Source: Proteromonas lacertae
Lineage: Eukaryota
Direction: 5' to 3'
Assembly: GCA_002245135.1 (NCBI GenBank)
Contig: NGBS01000294.1
Span: 169,244-189,243, forward strand
DNA: 20,000 bases
Part shown: positions 1 through 11,465 of the stretch, piece after piece
How positions within the stretch are numbered: the first letter of the stretch is position 1
Layout of the letters: each line of letters starts with the position of its first letter
The notes under the pieces: model-generated
Database searches by the model: none
What the model saw: only the letters and a program-made list of their open reading frames with translations
What the model was told of the DNA's origin: nothing
Translations under genes and position numbers: made by a program

Positions 1-2033
1 AACCAAAATTTTGATAATTACTATTACATAGACACTGTTAACTTTTGTGATAATAATCTAACAGAAGCTTCATTAATTCCATTAATATTATTCCTTAGAA
101 AACAGCCAAATATGAAAGACTTGGGTTTATCGAATAATGCTTGGAATGATGAGGTAATTACTTATTTTTCATTGTCATTATCGTTTTGGAGTAATATGCA
201 AGCACTTTATTTAGCAAGTATAATATTATATATATATATATATATATATTTGTATAGAATTAGAAAGTGTAAGTGAAGAAGGATTTCTCTTACTGTTCAC
301 TTCAATGATTAACACTTGCAATAAGCTAAAAACATTAGATATATCCAATAATAAAATCACATTAATACATGCATTTGCATTACAGGAAATATTGAAGAAA
401 GGTACTTTAATTAATGTTATACTACAGCGTATATATATATATATATATATATCATTATTATTATTATGTATAGATTGTGAATTAAATGATGAGATATTTA
501 TAGCTATAATCAAATATTTGAAGAATAATGTAAATATAGATTCTATTAGAATTGATCATAATATTATAACTGATAGAGGTGCTTTTGCATTCGCTGAACA
601 AGTAAAAACCTTGAGAAATATCAATCGCCTATTTTTATCTAGTAATTTAATTGGTAATGATGGAATAAATGCAATTTGTGAAAATTTACATTATCGGAAG
701 TTACAGTTTTTGAGAATTCAAGATAATTATTACGATGATGATGGACTTACCAAATTAGGTCAAACTCTTGGTCGTTTTATCTATTTAAGAGAATTCTTCA
801 TTGGTGATAAAGTGAAGTTATTAAACAGCAATACAACAACAGTTAACAGAAATACAAAAGAATGGACCAGTTCAATTGAGACAGAGAAAGGATTAGCAAA
901 ATTAATATCACATTTCTTTATGTTCAGGTTATTGCTCTGTTTAACCATCCAAGACATTGAAATAAAAAGTGATCCATTAATTAATGAGCTTGCTACTGTG
1001 ATAAAAAGCAATATTCACATTAAAGTTTTAACTCTGAAACGTATATATTTTTTTATTAATTTTGGATAGATGTATTCAATGGAAATAATAGCATTTTGCC
1101 AATTGGATTAGCATTAATGTGTTTACCAGAATTAAGTGAGTTAAATTTGGCAAACAATAACCTCAATGACGACAATTATTGCTGTATAATCAAAGGTTTG
1201 GAGTAAATGTTCTACTGAATTGATATGTTTAACCCTTACAAATAATAGAATCACTGACCAAGGTTTTATAGATTCCTTAGATTACTTCAAAGAGTTAAGT
1301 AACCTTCAGCTGATTTATTTAGATAGTATAATATATTTATTTATGTTTTTAATTTAATAGAAAATCAGCTAGGTAATAATTTTGCAAAACAATTATCATT
1401 TTTAATGATTACTCGTTTTCACTCAATTACCCACTTAAATCTAGCTAGTAATCAAATCACAGAATTAGGTGCTGTAGCTCTGGGTGCTGGAATAGCAGAA
1501 TTAAAGAATTGTTTCAGTGTTTTTTCAATCAGTAATAACAGTATAAAAGATATTGGATTAAATGGATTATGTAAAGGATTATACAATAATGAACAACTAA
1601 AAGAATTTCTTGTTGGGCGTATAATATATAATATATTATGTCTATATAAATAGAATGTGATATAACAGAAGAAGGATGTTTAGCATTGTGTTGTGTGTTA
1701 AGACATGGTAATAGAAATAGACTAATTAGATTACAAATGAATCTGAACAATATTGGTGAGAAAGGAACACTTGGCCTCGGCTTGTCTATGAAGAATTTGA
1801 AATATTTGGAATCATTTGGTATTATGTATAACCGAGTGAGTTTTAACTCCATGAACTACATGTGTAAACAGATTTTACAGTATTGTCCAATGATGAATAA
1901 CCTGTATTTGAGCTGTATAATTTTTTTCTGATTATATTATTTATTATAAATAGATAATCCTTTGACTGAAAAAGAAAAGACTGAGATTAAAGAATTGTTC
2001 AAGGACTCTAAAGTAGAAACTCTAGAGATTTAG
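1..2033 (+). CDS. Ribonuclease-inhibitor-like leucine-rich repeat protein (5'-partial, 7 exons in window)
   Basis: Repeated LxxLxLxxNxI/L motifs of about 28 aa (LKTLDISNNKI, INRLFLSSNLIGNDG, ITHLNLASNQITELGAVALG). GT..AG introns at 218-257, 429-473, 1041-1069, 1326-1360, 1619-1653 and 1915-1953. Stop TAG at 2031-2033. One apparent +1 indel near 1200-1201. Confidence 0.9.
227..249. repeat. (TA)n microsatellite within an intron
   Basis: Uninterrupted TA run inside intron 218-257. Confidence 0.9.
430..452. repeat. (TA)n microsatellite within an intron
   Basis: TA run starting at the GT donor of intron 429-473. Confidence 0.9.
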
Positions 2034-2254
2034 AAACAGAAAAGTACTTAGAATAAATATACGTGTAATAATTAAATCTTACTATAGACATATAAGTTTT
2101 GATTTTTTTTTTGACAATAATTGTGAATTTGTTGTAGTTGACAGTGTTTAAATAATGGGTTAATTTGGGGGATCGAAAAAACACAAAACCAACATCAAAA
2201 TTGATTTTTCTCTTTTTTATTCTTCTTTGAATACATTTAATTTATAATAATAAC

Positions 2255-3965
2255 ATGTACTATTATAGGCTGGAGCAGGAATTAAAGTATCGTTAATCAT
2301 ATTTATTATATCAACTGTTTATAGATATTCAACGCTGATCATGCAATTCAATAGAAGGGGAATATTTTGGAGCTTACTTTGCTATGTATGTTTAGTTGGA
2401 GCACTTACTTGTCTTGGGTTCTTTTTCCCTACCTACACAATCAACCAAAGTAAGAGAGGAAACTATGAAGCAGATGTTACTCGAGAAAATGCAACATGGA
2501 CTGGTGAAGTAGGGTTTTTTACTCCAAAAAATCGATTCTTGCAGATATATGTATACATTTACTGTTTATCTAATATAAAATACTAGTCTGAAATTGCCAA
2601 CCCATCTATAACAACAACTCAATATGTAGATAATATAAATGTATTAGTAACAGCTAAAACTCGACAAAATCAAACAATCGAAATACACAATGATGAAACA
2701 ACCAAAGTATTGAAGTGTTATGCTAAAGAGCCATTTTGTCGATCGATATTAGTGTATATATATAAACATATTATAATATATATGAAAATAGATTTAATGA
2801 AAATGTAATTAAAGCAAACCTATATGATATAAGTGTGACATTGCTAAATATTGGTAAGAAGATAAAGAATGATACATATGAAAAGAATGGAACATGGCCA
2901 CAGATCCTAACTTATATGTATGTAAATGAAAAATTTGTTTCTTTTGATATTTCGTTGAAATATTTTTTTGGTACAACAACTATACTTATATGTTTAATAT
3001 ACACAATAAAATTGTGTAGATATAAATATAGAGATGTATATATATATATTATATATTCAATTAGTTATTATATGAACAAAAATGGATCATATTTCTACTC
3101 CTCTCATTATGTTTTTATAACAATCCTTTAATTGGATTAGAAGTATTTTACTCCTCACAGTTCTTTACTATGTTTTATTATTTGTCATGTATCACTTATT
3201 TTGTTGCTATTATGGCATTTTGGATGTTTGAATGCGATAGGATATCAGCAGGAGGTATTATATTTTTATATATTTCATCATATATATAGATTCATTAATG
3301 AACAGATTAAAACCAAGGCGTTATGCTCCATTTAAATGGTTATATATTATTATATTATACATTGCAATTTCTGTAGGAATAATTAAGTCACTTCATGAGC
3401 AAGAAATAAATATTTCATATGATTTTGTGAATGATTTCTTTTTAGATACACCATTGTTGGTTTTCTATGGAATATTATTTTCTGTGTATATTATTATATA
3501 TAATTATTATTATTATTATTTATATATATATAGTTATGTTGTTATATTAATATATTACATATATCGTATAATCAGAAGGTGGATTTATATTCAACTACAT
3601 CACATGTTTGTATTTATTACCACTCTAATTGCACTTGGATCACTTATTTTTGGTTTATTTACAATATCCTTTTTTATTGTTATTATTATAAGAATAATGT
3701 TTTTTTTTAACTTTATATTTACGGCTTGTTAAAACCATTACCTACTACAAATATAACATTTTGTTTATATCATTCTCTATTAAATACATATACATGGATA
3801 TTTGCATTGTTATATTTTCCTATGGATAGAAAGAATAGTGATAGTAATGGTAATAGTAGTAATAATGGAGGTGATGATAGTATCATTGAAATGAAAGATG
3901 AAGGAGAAGAAGATAGTGAAGAAAATAGAAAAAGTGTAGTAATAAATATGAAGAGAGATTTATGA
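2255..3965 (+). CDS. TMEM181: TMEM181/GPR178-like multipass membrane protein (Wntless/MIG-14-like fold)
   Basis: Spliced translation gives an N-terminal TM helix, a luminal domain with C..C, then YVNEKFVSFDISLKYFF...YEQKWIIFLLLSLCFYNNP...AIMAFWMFECDRI and C-terminal LYHSLLNTYTWIFALLYFP, matching TMEM181 motifs recalled from memory. Introns at 2287-2324, 2551-2586, 2754-2791, 3036-3064, about 3255-3289 and 3486-3533. Frame disruption in the T-runs near 3700-3720. Confidence 0.75.
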
Positions 3966-4041
3966 AGAATAAATTAATTGTAGTTTATATAATTAATACA
4001 ATTTTCCTTTTTTTTTAATTTATATTTAGAAAGTATTATAT

Positions 4042-4049
4042 TGTTTGTT
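4042..4049 (+). promoter_or_regulatory. TGTTTGTT candidate polyadenylation signal (Blastocystis-type) downstream of the TMEM181-like gene
   Basis: Exact TGTTTGTT 76 nt after the stop codon at 3965. Confidence 0.5.
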
Positions 4050-4100
4050 GGTTGATGAATAATAAAAAACTACAATAAATAAATCCAATATAAAAATAAA

Positions 4101-5635
4101 TCAATTAGTTTTTCTAAATTCTTTCACTCTTTCCAATACATTTTCTTTTACTTTTTTAAATTTATTACTAACTTCTGCTAAGTCTCTTTTTAATTGTAAA
4201 TTCTCATACTTCAATCTCTCTACTAACTCCTCATACTTTTCTATTTTTTCACCTTTCTTACCACTTTCTAATATCTGAATAATCTCTTCATTATTCTTCA
4301 ATTTTTCTATTTCAAGCTTCAATTTCATTATTTCTTCTAATCTTTTATCATAATCTTTATTTTTATCTATCAGAACACAATTATAACTTTGGACTTCCCT
4401 TATTTGTTGTTTATAGTCATTTATTTCTATTCCTTTCAAGTTTATTTCTTTCCTATATTCTGATATTTGCTGTAAATATTTCTTTATTTCATTTTTAAGT
4501 TCTGCAATTGATGTAGTGTATAATTCCATTAATTTATCTAATAATATATAATATTAATTTATACTGTAGTTTATTTCATTATTATTTATTTTGTTTTTCA
4601 AATGAGTTATTTCATTTACTTTATTATCATATTCTATTTTCATTTTAGAAAATTCACATTCTATTTCATTGTTCTTTTCTTCTAACTCATGAAGCTTGGC
4701 TTGATATTCTATATCCGTTTCACTTTCATTTGGTTGGATATTTATCTCATTTGTACATCGATTCTGTAATTCCAATATTTGTTGTTCATATTCTTGCTTT
4801 TGTGTGTTAAGTTCATTTTTATATTCGAATTCCTTTATTCTTACCTCTGTTTGTAGTTGGTTAATCTGAGATTCATATTTTGATTTAATCTCTTCAAGAT
4901 CTTTATTATATTGGAGTTCTTTGGTTAAAAGACAATTCTCTTTCTCTTTTTCAAGCTGAGCTTGACTAATAGCTTGATTTGAGTTTTCAGACTTTAAATC
5001 ATTTATAATTAAGTCTTTTTCTCTTATACTATTCTCCAATTCAGCTTCTTTTATATTCCATTGTGTTTCTTTAGATTTATATTCACTCAATTCATTCTGT
5101 AGTCTTTGTATTGAATTATCATATTCTTTTAATCTCATTTCATAATTCTCAATATCTTCTTTATATATTTTTGTTTCTGTTAGGTTATTATTTACTGTTG
5201 ATGGAATATTTATAGAATTTATATTTTGCGATAATTGTTTTGGCTCTGTATGATAGGTTGGCTGTGATGTGTATGTAGGTTCTGAGTAATTTGTTGTTTT
5301 TGATGGAATATATGGTTGCGAATGTGATGTCATTGTATTTATTGGTTTTGCTGTTTTGTTGTATGTTGGTAATCGTTCCATTTTCTTATTTGGAGAAGTA
5401 AAACTAACCAATTGGTTTGGATATCCTTCGAATAGTGAACTAATTGTAAAATCTGAAGATCGATTCATCCATTGATTCTGATGCACTAATAGGGCTTTAA
5501 TTCGTCTCCTGAATTGTCTGATAATGGTTTACATTCCATTCGTTCAAAGAAAGTATTATTTCTAAATGATCCCAGTATATCTGAATCTTGATCATAGTCA
5601 AAATCAATTTCATCCAACACTTTCTTATCAGCCAT
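4101..5635 (-). CDS. Coiled-coil protein of unknown function with a low-complexity S/T/P N-terminal region
   Basis: ATG at 5635 (MADKKVLDEIDFDYD...). Long E/K/Q/N heptad-rich ORFs at 4554-5486 and 4101-4529 are joined by a 27-nt intron (4538-4564). The junction near 5445-5530 needs indel(s) or an atypical intron. Confidence 0.7.
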
Positions 5636-5722
5636 TTTTTAAATTTATAAAAAATGGGGTTTCAAAATATTCAATAAAAAATTCCCCAACACAAAAAAGT
5701 ATTTTGAAAAAAGACTTATATT

Positions 5723-6768
5723 TCACTTCCTCTTCTTCTTCTTACCCTGCTTTTCTTTTTTCTTCACAGCAATATCAATAATATCACTCAACAAGATTTC
5801 TTTAGCTGGTCTAGCGTTTCCATTCATATCATACAAAGTTCTTTGATTACACTCATTTGCCATGATTATCAACATGTAAATAAAAGCATGAATCACCAAA
5901 TGGGCATAACCTTTCACCATATTTGAAGAATCTACAAGGAATAGTTTTCATATTTGTCTTATAAGCTTCAGTGATTAAGTATTTCTTATAAGGATCACGA
6001 ATATATGTAGTAGAAGGCACAATGAAGAAAGAAGGAGTTCTACACAATGGACAAGTCCTTCTCTATAGAAAATTAGTATAACTAGAAAGTAATATACAAC
6101 TTCACGAGGAATACTAGTTTGTGCTCTCCATTTTCTTATACAATCAATACAAAAGGGATGGTCACACTGTGTTAATAAGCCAAATCTCTTTCCTGTCTCA
6201 ACTATACTATCATCACATATAGCACAATGTATATCTCGAGATTGAGCTACATCTTCTTCAAATGACATTATTTTTTCTTTTGTATTATGAGATCTTATAC
6301 AGTGATCACCATATCTACAACTTCCTTGAAGATAATACCTACAGACTTCTCTCTTTTTGTCAGTGTTATTGTATAAGGCTTGATAAACTAAATCATCTAT
6401 GTTATCTGGTATATCATCCTCTTGAAATTCATTTTCTATCACTTCAGTAGTGTCTGTAATATCATTGGCTTTGTTGTTCCACACACTCTTGTATGAAATC
6501 ATTGGTATATGTATCAGGATATTGAATGGATGAATTTAGAAAGTCAAATGAAGGAGGTGGCTGAAATAAAGGAGCTTCCACGTATGATGATTGTGTAGTA
6601 TCAGTAACAGGCAACTGAAGGTGGAGATGATTCACCTAAATGTAAAGCTCCTGGAACAAATTCTTTAGCATTAACAGATAATTGTGTTTTATTGGCCACA
6701 TCCCTCAGACTTGACTCAATAGATAATTCATCATCATCTTCTGGGTTTAAATAAGTTCTACTCGACAT
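5723..6768 (-). CDS. MKRN: Makorin-family C3H/RING E3 ubiquitin ligase with N-terminal PAM2 motif
   Basis: C3H finger CRYYLQGSCRYGDHCIRSH. RING CAICDDSIVETGKRFGLLTQCDHPFCIDCIRKWR...RTCPLCRTPSFFIVPS. C-terminal C3H PCRFFKYGERLCPFGDSCFYLH. LSVNAKEFVP near the N-terminus. Intron 6063-6097. Three +1 indels (about 6618, 6467, 5857). Confidence 0.92.
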
Positions 6769-6834
6769 GATATTAAATCATAATAAAAACTGAAAATACA
6801 AACTTGTTTGAAGTTTTTTGAAATTTTGAAAATT

Positions 6835-9152
6835 ATGGATAGGAATAACGTGATACAGGTATGTCTAATAGTTATGAAAATACATAGGGATTGATATCAT
6901 GGATTAATACTCTAGAAATTCCCAGGTTCATTATTTGTTGAGAAGTATTATAAGCTATTTAAATATTCTGTAGTTTAAATCACGTTTTAACACCACCATT
7001 TCTAATGAATCTAATTAAACATATATATGTATGATTTTATTTTAAATAAAATAGCCTCCATCACGTAAATGTTCAAATCTAGAAGAAACAATAGAAATGT
7101 TTGTTAAGAAAATATATCCCAAATGGAATTATAAACAAATATATGAAGAATTAGAAAGTATTATATACGATGTTTATTTTTTGATATAGATGGAAACCAA
7201 CTGATTTTACAGGATTTACTGATATTGCTACACGATATACACACACATAGATCATTTGAAAAGAATCCCTATTCATCAAAAACACCAAAAAAGAAATTAA
7301 TTCTGAGAAATGCTGTAATGCCATGTCAAAAGAAAAAAAACATTGAAGACAAGAGACAAGAACCATTTTCATTCACGAAAGCTCAAAAAATAGATTTTTC
7401 AGACATTAATAATCCATCTTCAATACAAGCAATAGCCAAAACTACCAAAACATCCAATTAATAAAAACAGAAATAAAATGGTCACAGTGAAATCGTTTAT
7501 ACAAACACAAAAACAGAAAACAACAACCGAAAAATTCAAAAATCTAATTCAATATCACCTATACAAAGCCCACCCAAGGAAAAGCATATGTATGAATAAT
7601 GATATATATTATTATTATAGTACAATAACACCAAATGGTTTAATATACAACAATTCAATTTTTGATCCTTTATATTATAATAAATACTCAACTGATTCTA
7701 CAGCAACAATAACTACAAAATATAATGATAAAGAAAAGAAAGAAAAAGAGAAACTGAACTTAAAATCAGTATATACAATTAAGAATCTATCCAATGAAAT
7801 AATGAATATAAAATGGTTAAGTAATTTAAATATATATAATAATAAAACCAATAATATATTAAACTTTTATAAAGAATTTCAGAATGGATCTATTCTATTG
7901 AAATTGTGTTTATATTTAGCGAAAGGGAAAGACTTTACAAATGGAAAAGAGTTAAATAATAATAATAATAATAATACTAAGAAGAAATTTGAAATATCTA
8001 TAAAGATAATAAAAATCATATATCCATCTATATCACCTGATTTAATTAATCTAAAAGAATTAGAGAATGGCAATGTAAATATAATTCAATCATTAATAAG
8101 TTATCTTAAAGAAAAGCATGATAAAAAGATAGAAAATAATTTACTAAAAATAAGAAAAACTCCCACAAAAAAGACTGTAGAAAATGATATAAACAAGAGA
8201 AATAATAATTATAATAATGTTTTCAAATTTGATAAATATTATTCCAATGTTCCTGATATATATCCTCCTAGTATCAATCGAGAATCAGAGCCAACTCAAT
8301 CATCTTCAAACATGGCTTGATTCTTGTAATATCAGATTTGATATTATCACAAATAACAACAATGATAATAAAATACATTTGTTGGATGATAAATTAAGAA
8401 ATGGAGAAATATTATATGAAATATTGAAATATATTAATTTAAAACCAAAGATATTTTATGCAACACCAACTACATTAACTCAAATATATAAAAACTTAGA
8501 AATATGCATGAAAATTATTAAAGATACATTTCCTGATGATTTTAGTAATGAAATTGAATATTATAAGAATGAAATAATCATATCCAATAATGAAATATAT
8601 AATATATTAAATGCATTATCAAAGAGAATAAATCCAACTAATGATTATATAGAAAATAATAGCAACAATAATAATCAAATACCAATAAATAAAAATAATA
8701 ATAACAGCTTGAATATATCAATTTCTAAACTAAGTGAAATGAAAGAGATCGTTTATAATTGGCTATTAACCTTAAAATTTAGCATAGATATAAGTAATTA
8801 TAGTTATAATATGATATTAAATGAAATACAAAATGGAACATTGTTAAACGAGTTAATATATATTATATTCCGTAAAAAGATATTGAATATAGTGACTAAG
8901 ACAAATATGGAATATTTGAATATTATTAATGAATATGTGGATATAAATACAATTGTTAGTGATCATTTGAATGAATTTCTTCAGAATGATGTAACAATTT
9001 GGACGTATTTATTGTATGATATTTATGAATATTATAAAGCAAATAAAGGAAATGAGACAAATTCTTTGTATGAAGAAGAAAGTTTAACTGATAATAGGAA
9101 CTATGATATTCTAAATAACATGTCTCCAAGATATAAATTCATTTCATCTTAA
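6835..9152 (+). CDS. Protein with four calponin-homology (CH)-like domains
   Basis: Recurring W(L/I)xxL ... (L/F/I)xNGxxLxxL motifs: GLISWINTL; IKWLSNL..EFQNGSILLKL; LQTWLDS..KLRNGEILYEIL; VYNWLLTL..EIQNGTLLNELI. Introns at about 6859-6887, 6945-6973, 7029-7054, 7158-7189 and 7590-7620. Several indels (about 6922, 7421, 7476, 8267). Stop TAA at 9150-9152. Confidence 0.7.
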
Positions 9153-9156
9153 TATC

Positions 9157-9164
9157 TGTTTGTT
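9157..9164 (+). promoter_or_regulatory. TGTTTGTT candidate polyadenylation signal immediately after the CH-domain gene stop
   Basis: Sequence reads TCT TAA TATC TGTTTGTT, with the motif 4 nt after the stop codon. Confidence 0.6.
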
Positions 9165-9296
9165 GATACATCAATAAAGACTAACGACTATTTTTCAGTT
9201 AGTAAATTATAACGAAAATTTCGTTTCTTTCTTTTTCTCTTTTCTCGATATGTATTTAATTTTTTGTAATTATAATTAAATAGATAAATAACAACC

Positions 9297-10177
9297 ATGT
9301 CTGTGATAAACCCAAGACAATATTCAGATATAAACAGTGACTCTGATGGTGAAATTAAATTCAACAACATGATAGATGAACTAGAAATTATCGAATGTGG
9401 TTTAGGCCGTGAAATAATTTCAAATACATGTTTAGAGTATATATAAACATCCTAATTTATGTTAATAGTCCTGTACTTGAAGAAACCCACTACTATTTTG
9501 TTCATGACAAAATTGGTGAAGGAGTATTTCGTTTGTATGAAGCAGAATCAGAAAGATTTTTACTGTCAGCAAAGAAAAGGAAGAATGTGTTTTATATAAG
9601 TCAGTATGAAGTAATTCCAGATGATTTAATTGAAAATAATCGTTATTGTGCAATTTTGAGAGAAGATGTCAAAGGAAGTTGGAATTTATATAACATTGGC
9701 TGTGAATATTGCGATGATTACTTAAATAAATACAGTTGCAGTAGTAATAATAGTTCTAGTGATAATGAAGATAAATATACAACAAATAGACAATGTTTAT
9801 TAAGGTTGAAACAATTTAATTATAATATAAAAGAGTGTTCAGTGGATGCTAGACATTTAAAAGTAGAGATTCCATTATTAAATGAAGAAAATCGTAGAGA
9901 TAGTTGGTGTCCAAGGTGTCCTAAAGTAGATTCTATGAAATTAAATACTAGATTACCTATATGGAATGAAAAATTAAATAGTTTGTCAATGAATTTTCCT
10001 GGAAGTAGTGTAAGAATGAGTTCAAATAAGAATTGTGTTTTAGAGAATGAGAATAAAGAGATGTTACTACTTTTTGGCAAATACGCTCATAAAAAGTTTT
10101 CATTGAATATTTATGGTGTTTTATGTGTAATTCAAGGGTTTGGAATGTGCTTAAGCATGTACAATTGGTTGAAGTAA
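9297..10177 (+). CDS. Tubby-domain (TULP-like) protein
   Basis: FLLSAKKRKN and C-terminal NTRLPIWNEKLNSLSMNFPG..VRMSSNKNCVL...LLFGK..KKFSLNI...IQGFGMCLS match Tub domain consensus. Intron 9437-9468. A probable 5'UTR intron at 9252-9283. Confidence 0.85.
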
Positions 10178-10324
10178 TTTTTTTCAAAATAATTTAATTA
10201 ATTATGTAATTTAGTTAATTATATCTGTATGTTTGTGTATAGGTGGAGAAAAATTCATATATATTAACCATATCAATTTTCAATTTATATTAATTTGAAT
10301 CATCCCTACAAAACAAAATAAATA

Positions 10325-11465
10325 CTATATAAAATCACATCTTATGTATTCTTTATATTCACCTCCTAATTTACTTAAGATCACTTTATATAGAGAATTA
10401 CCTGGTTTTAAGCTTTCTATAATATAATAATAATAATACATAATTTAATATACTAAATGATGGATAAAAGAAAAATGGTTTATCTGCTGTAACTCCTAGC
10501 AAATTACCAACTTCCAACTCTCTTTTCAGTTGTTCTGGTTTAATTGTCTCATATCCATTAAAAAATAAAGTATTTTCACTAAATTCATCATCATGAGGTA
10601 GATTTTGTCCTGAATTCCAGAAATACAATGGATCTCTATCAATTCCTTTACTTTTAAGCGAATATTTCTCATCCATTTTATCAGATAGTGCACACATTAC
10701 TGGTAGACCAGATCTTGTATAATAAACTGGTGGAATATTTAATTGTTTAGAATTATATAAACATCCACTATTATATATATATATATATATATATTAATAC
10801 AGTGATATTGGAACTAATAGATAACTACTGACAGGTTTAAAATCCAATAGTAATAACACTGTCTGTTTTGGATATAAACTAGGATGAACTAATAATACTG
10901 TATATTTTGATAAATTCAGCTCATCAAATACTTTGAAATTAACATCAGGAAATGGATCTTCAACTATTTATTTTGATAATATCTAAAATAAATACTATTT
11001 GAAATTGAATTATATTGATCAAATCCATTCATTTTAGATTCTGATACAATTTCAGAAAAATATCTATTTGTTTCCATTAAAAGATCAATATATTCACTAT
11101 TCATTATATCATAAATATACTCATTGGAGGGATTTATTGGAAATTCACTTTTAGTATCTTTTCCTTCTGTTTCAGATTTAATAAGTGGCATTTTATCCAT
11201 CTTCACTTCATTTATTATAAAATCATATATAGACTGAGAAGGCCAATATAAATCTTTTCCTCTATGAAATATACACACATTTGAAATACTTTAAAAACAA
11301 CCTCACATAATTATCAACTTTATCTTCAGTTTGAATAAGACCTATTAACGACTAATTGTTAAAATGAACTTGATTATACTTTATATGCTGGGTGATTTGT
11401 CAAATTTCTTTGGCAAATCTTAATGTTCGACGATATAATGATGTTAATAGCTTATTAGATGACAT
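10325..11465 (-). CDS. N-terminal LYR-motif protein fused to a divergent DUF179 (AlgH/YqgE-like) domain
   Basis: Start MSSNKLLTSLYRRTLRFAKEF. Downstream LLVHPSLYPKQTVLLLL, FFNGYETIKPEQLKRELEVG and LYKVILSKLGGEY resemble DUF179 motifs. Five short introns (about 11353-11378, 11262-11301, 10964-10995, 10768-10800, 10417-10453). Two +1 indels near 11396-11407. Stop TAG at 10325-10327. Confidence 0.6.
10772..10794. repeat. (TA)n microsatellite within an intron
   Basis: TA run making up most of minus-strand intron 10768-10800. Confidence 0.9.

Noticed and set aside
1203..1248. 46-nt GT..AG intron that would restore the LRR frame
   Set aside because: It would delete a good LRR motif (LICLTLTNNRI) and break the phase and position pattern of the other six introns. 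A single extra G fits better.
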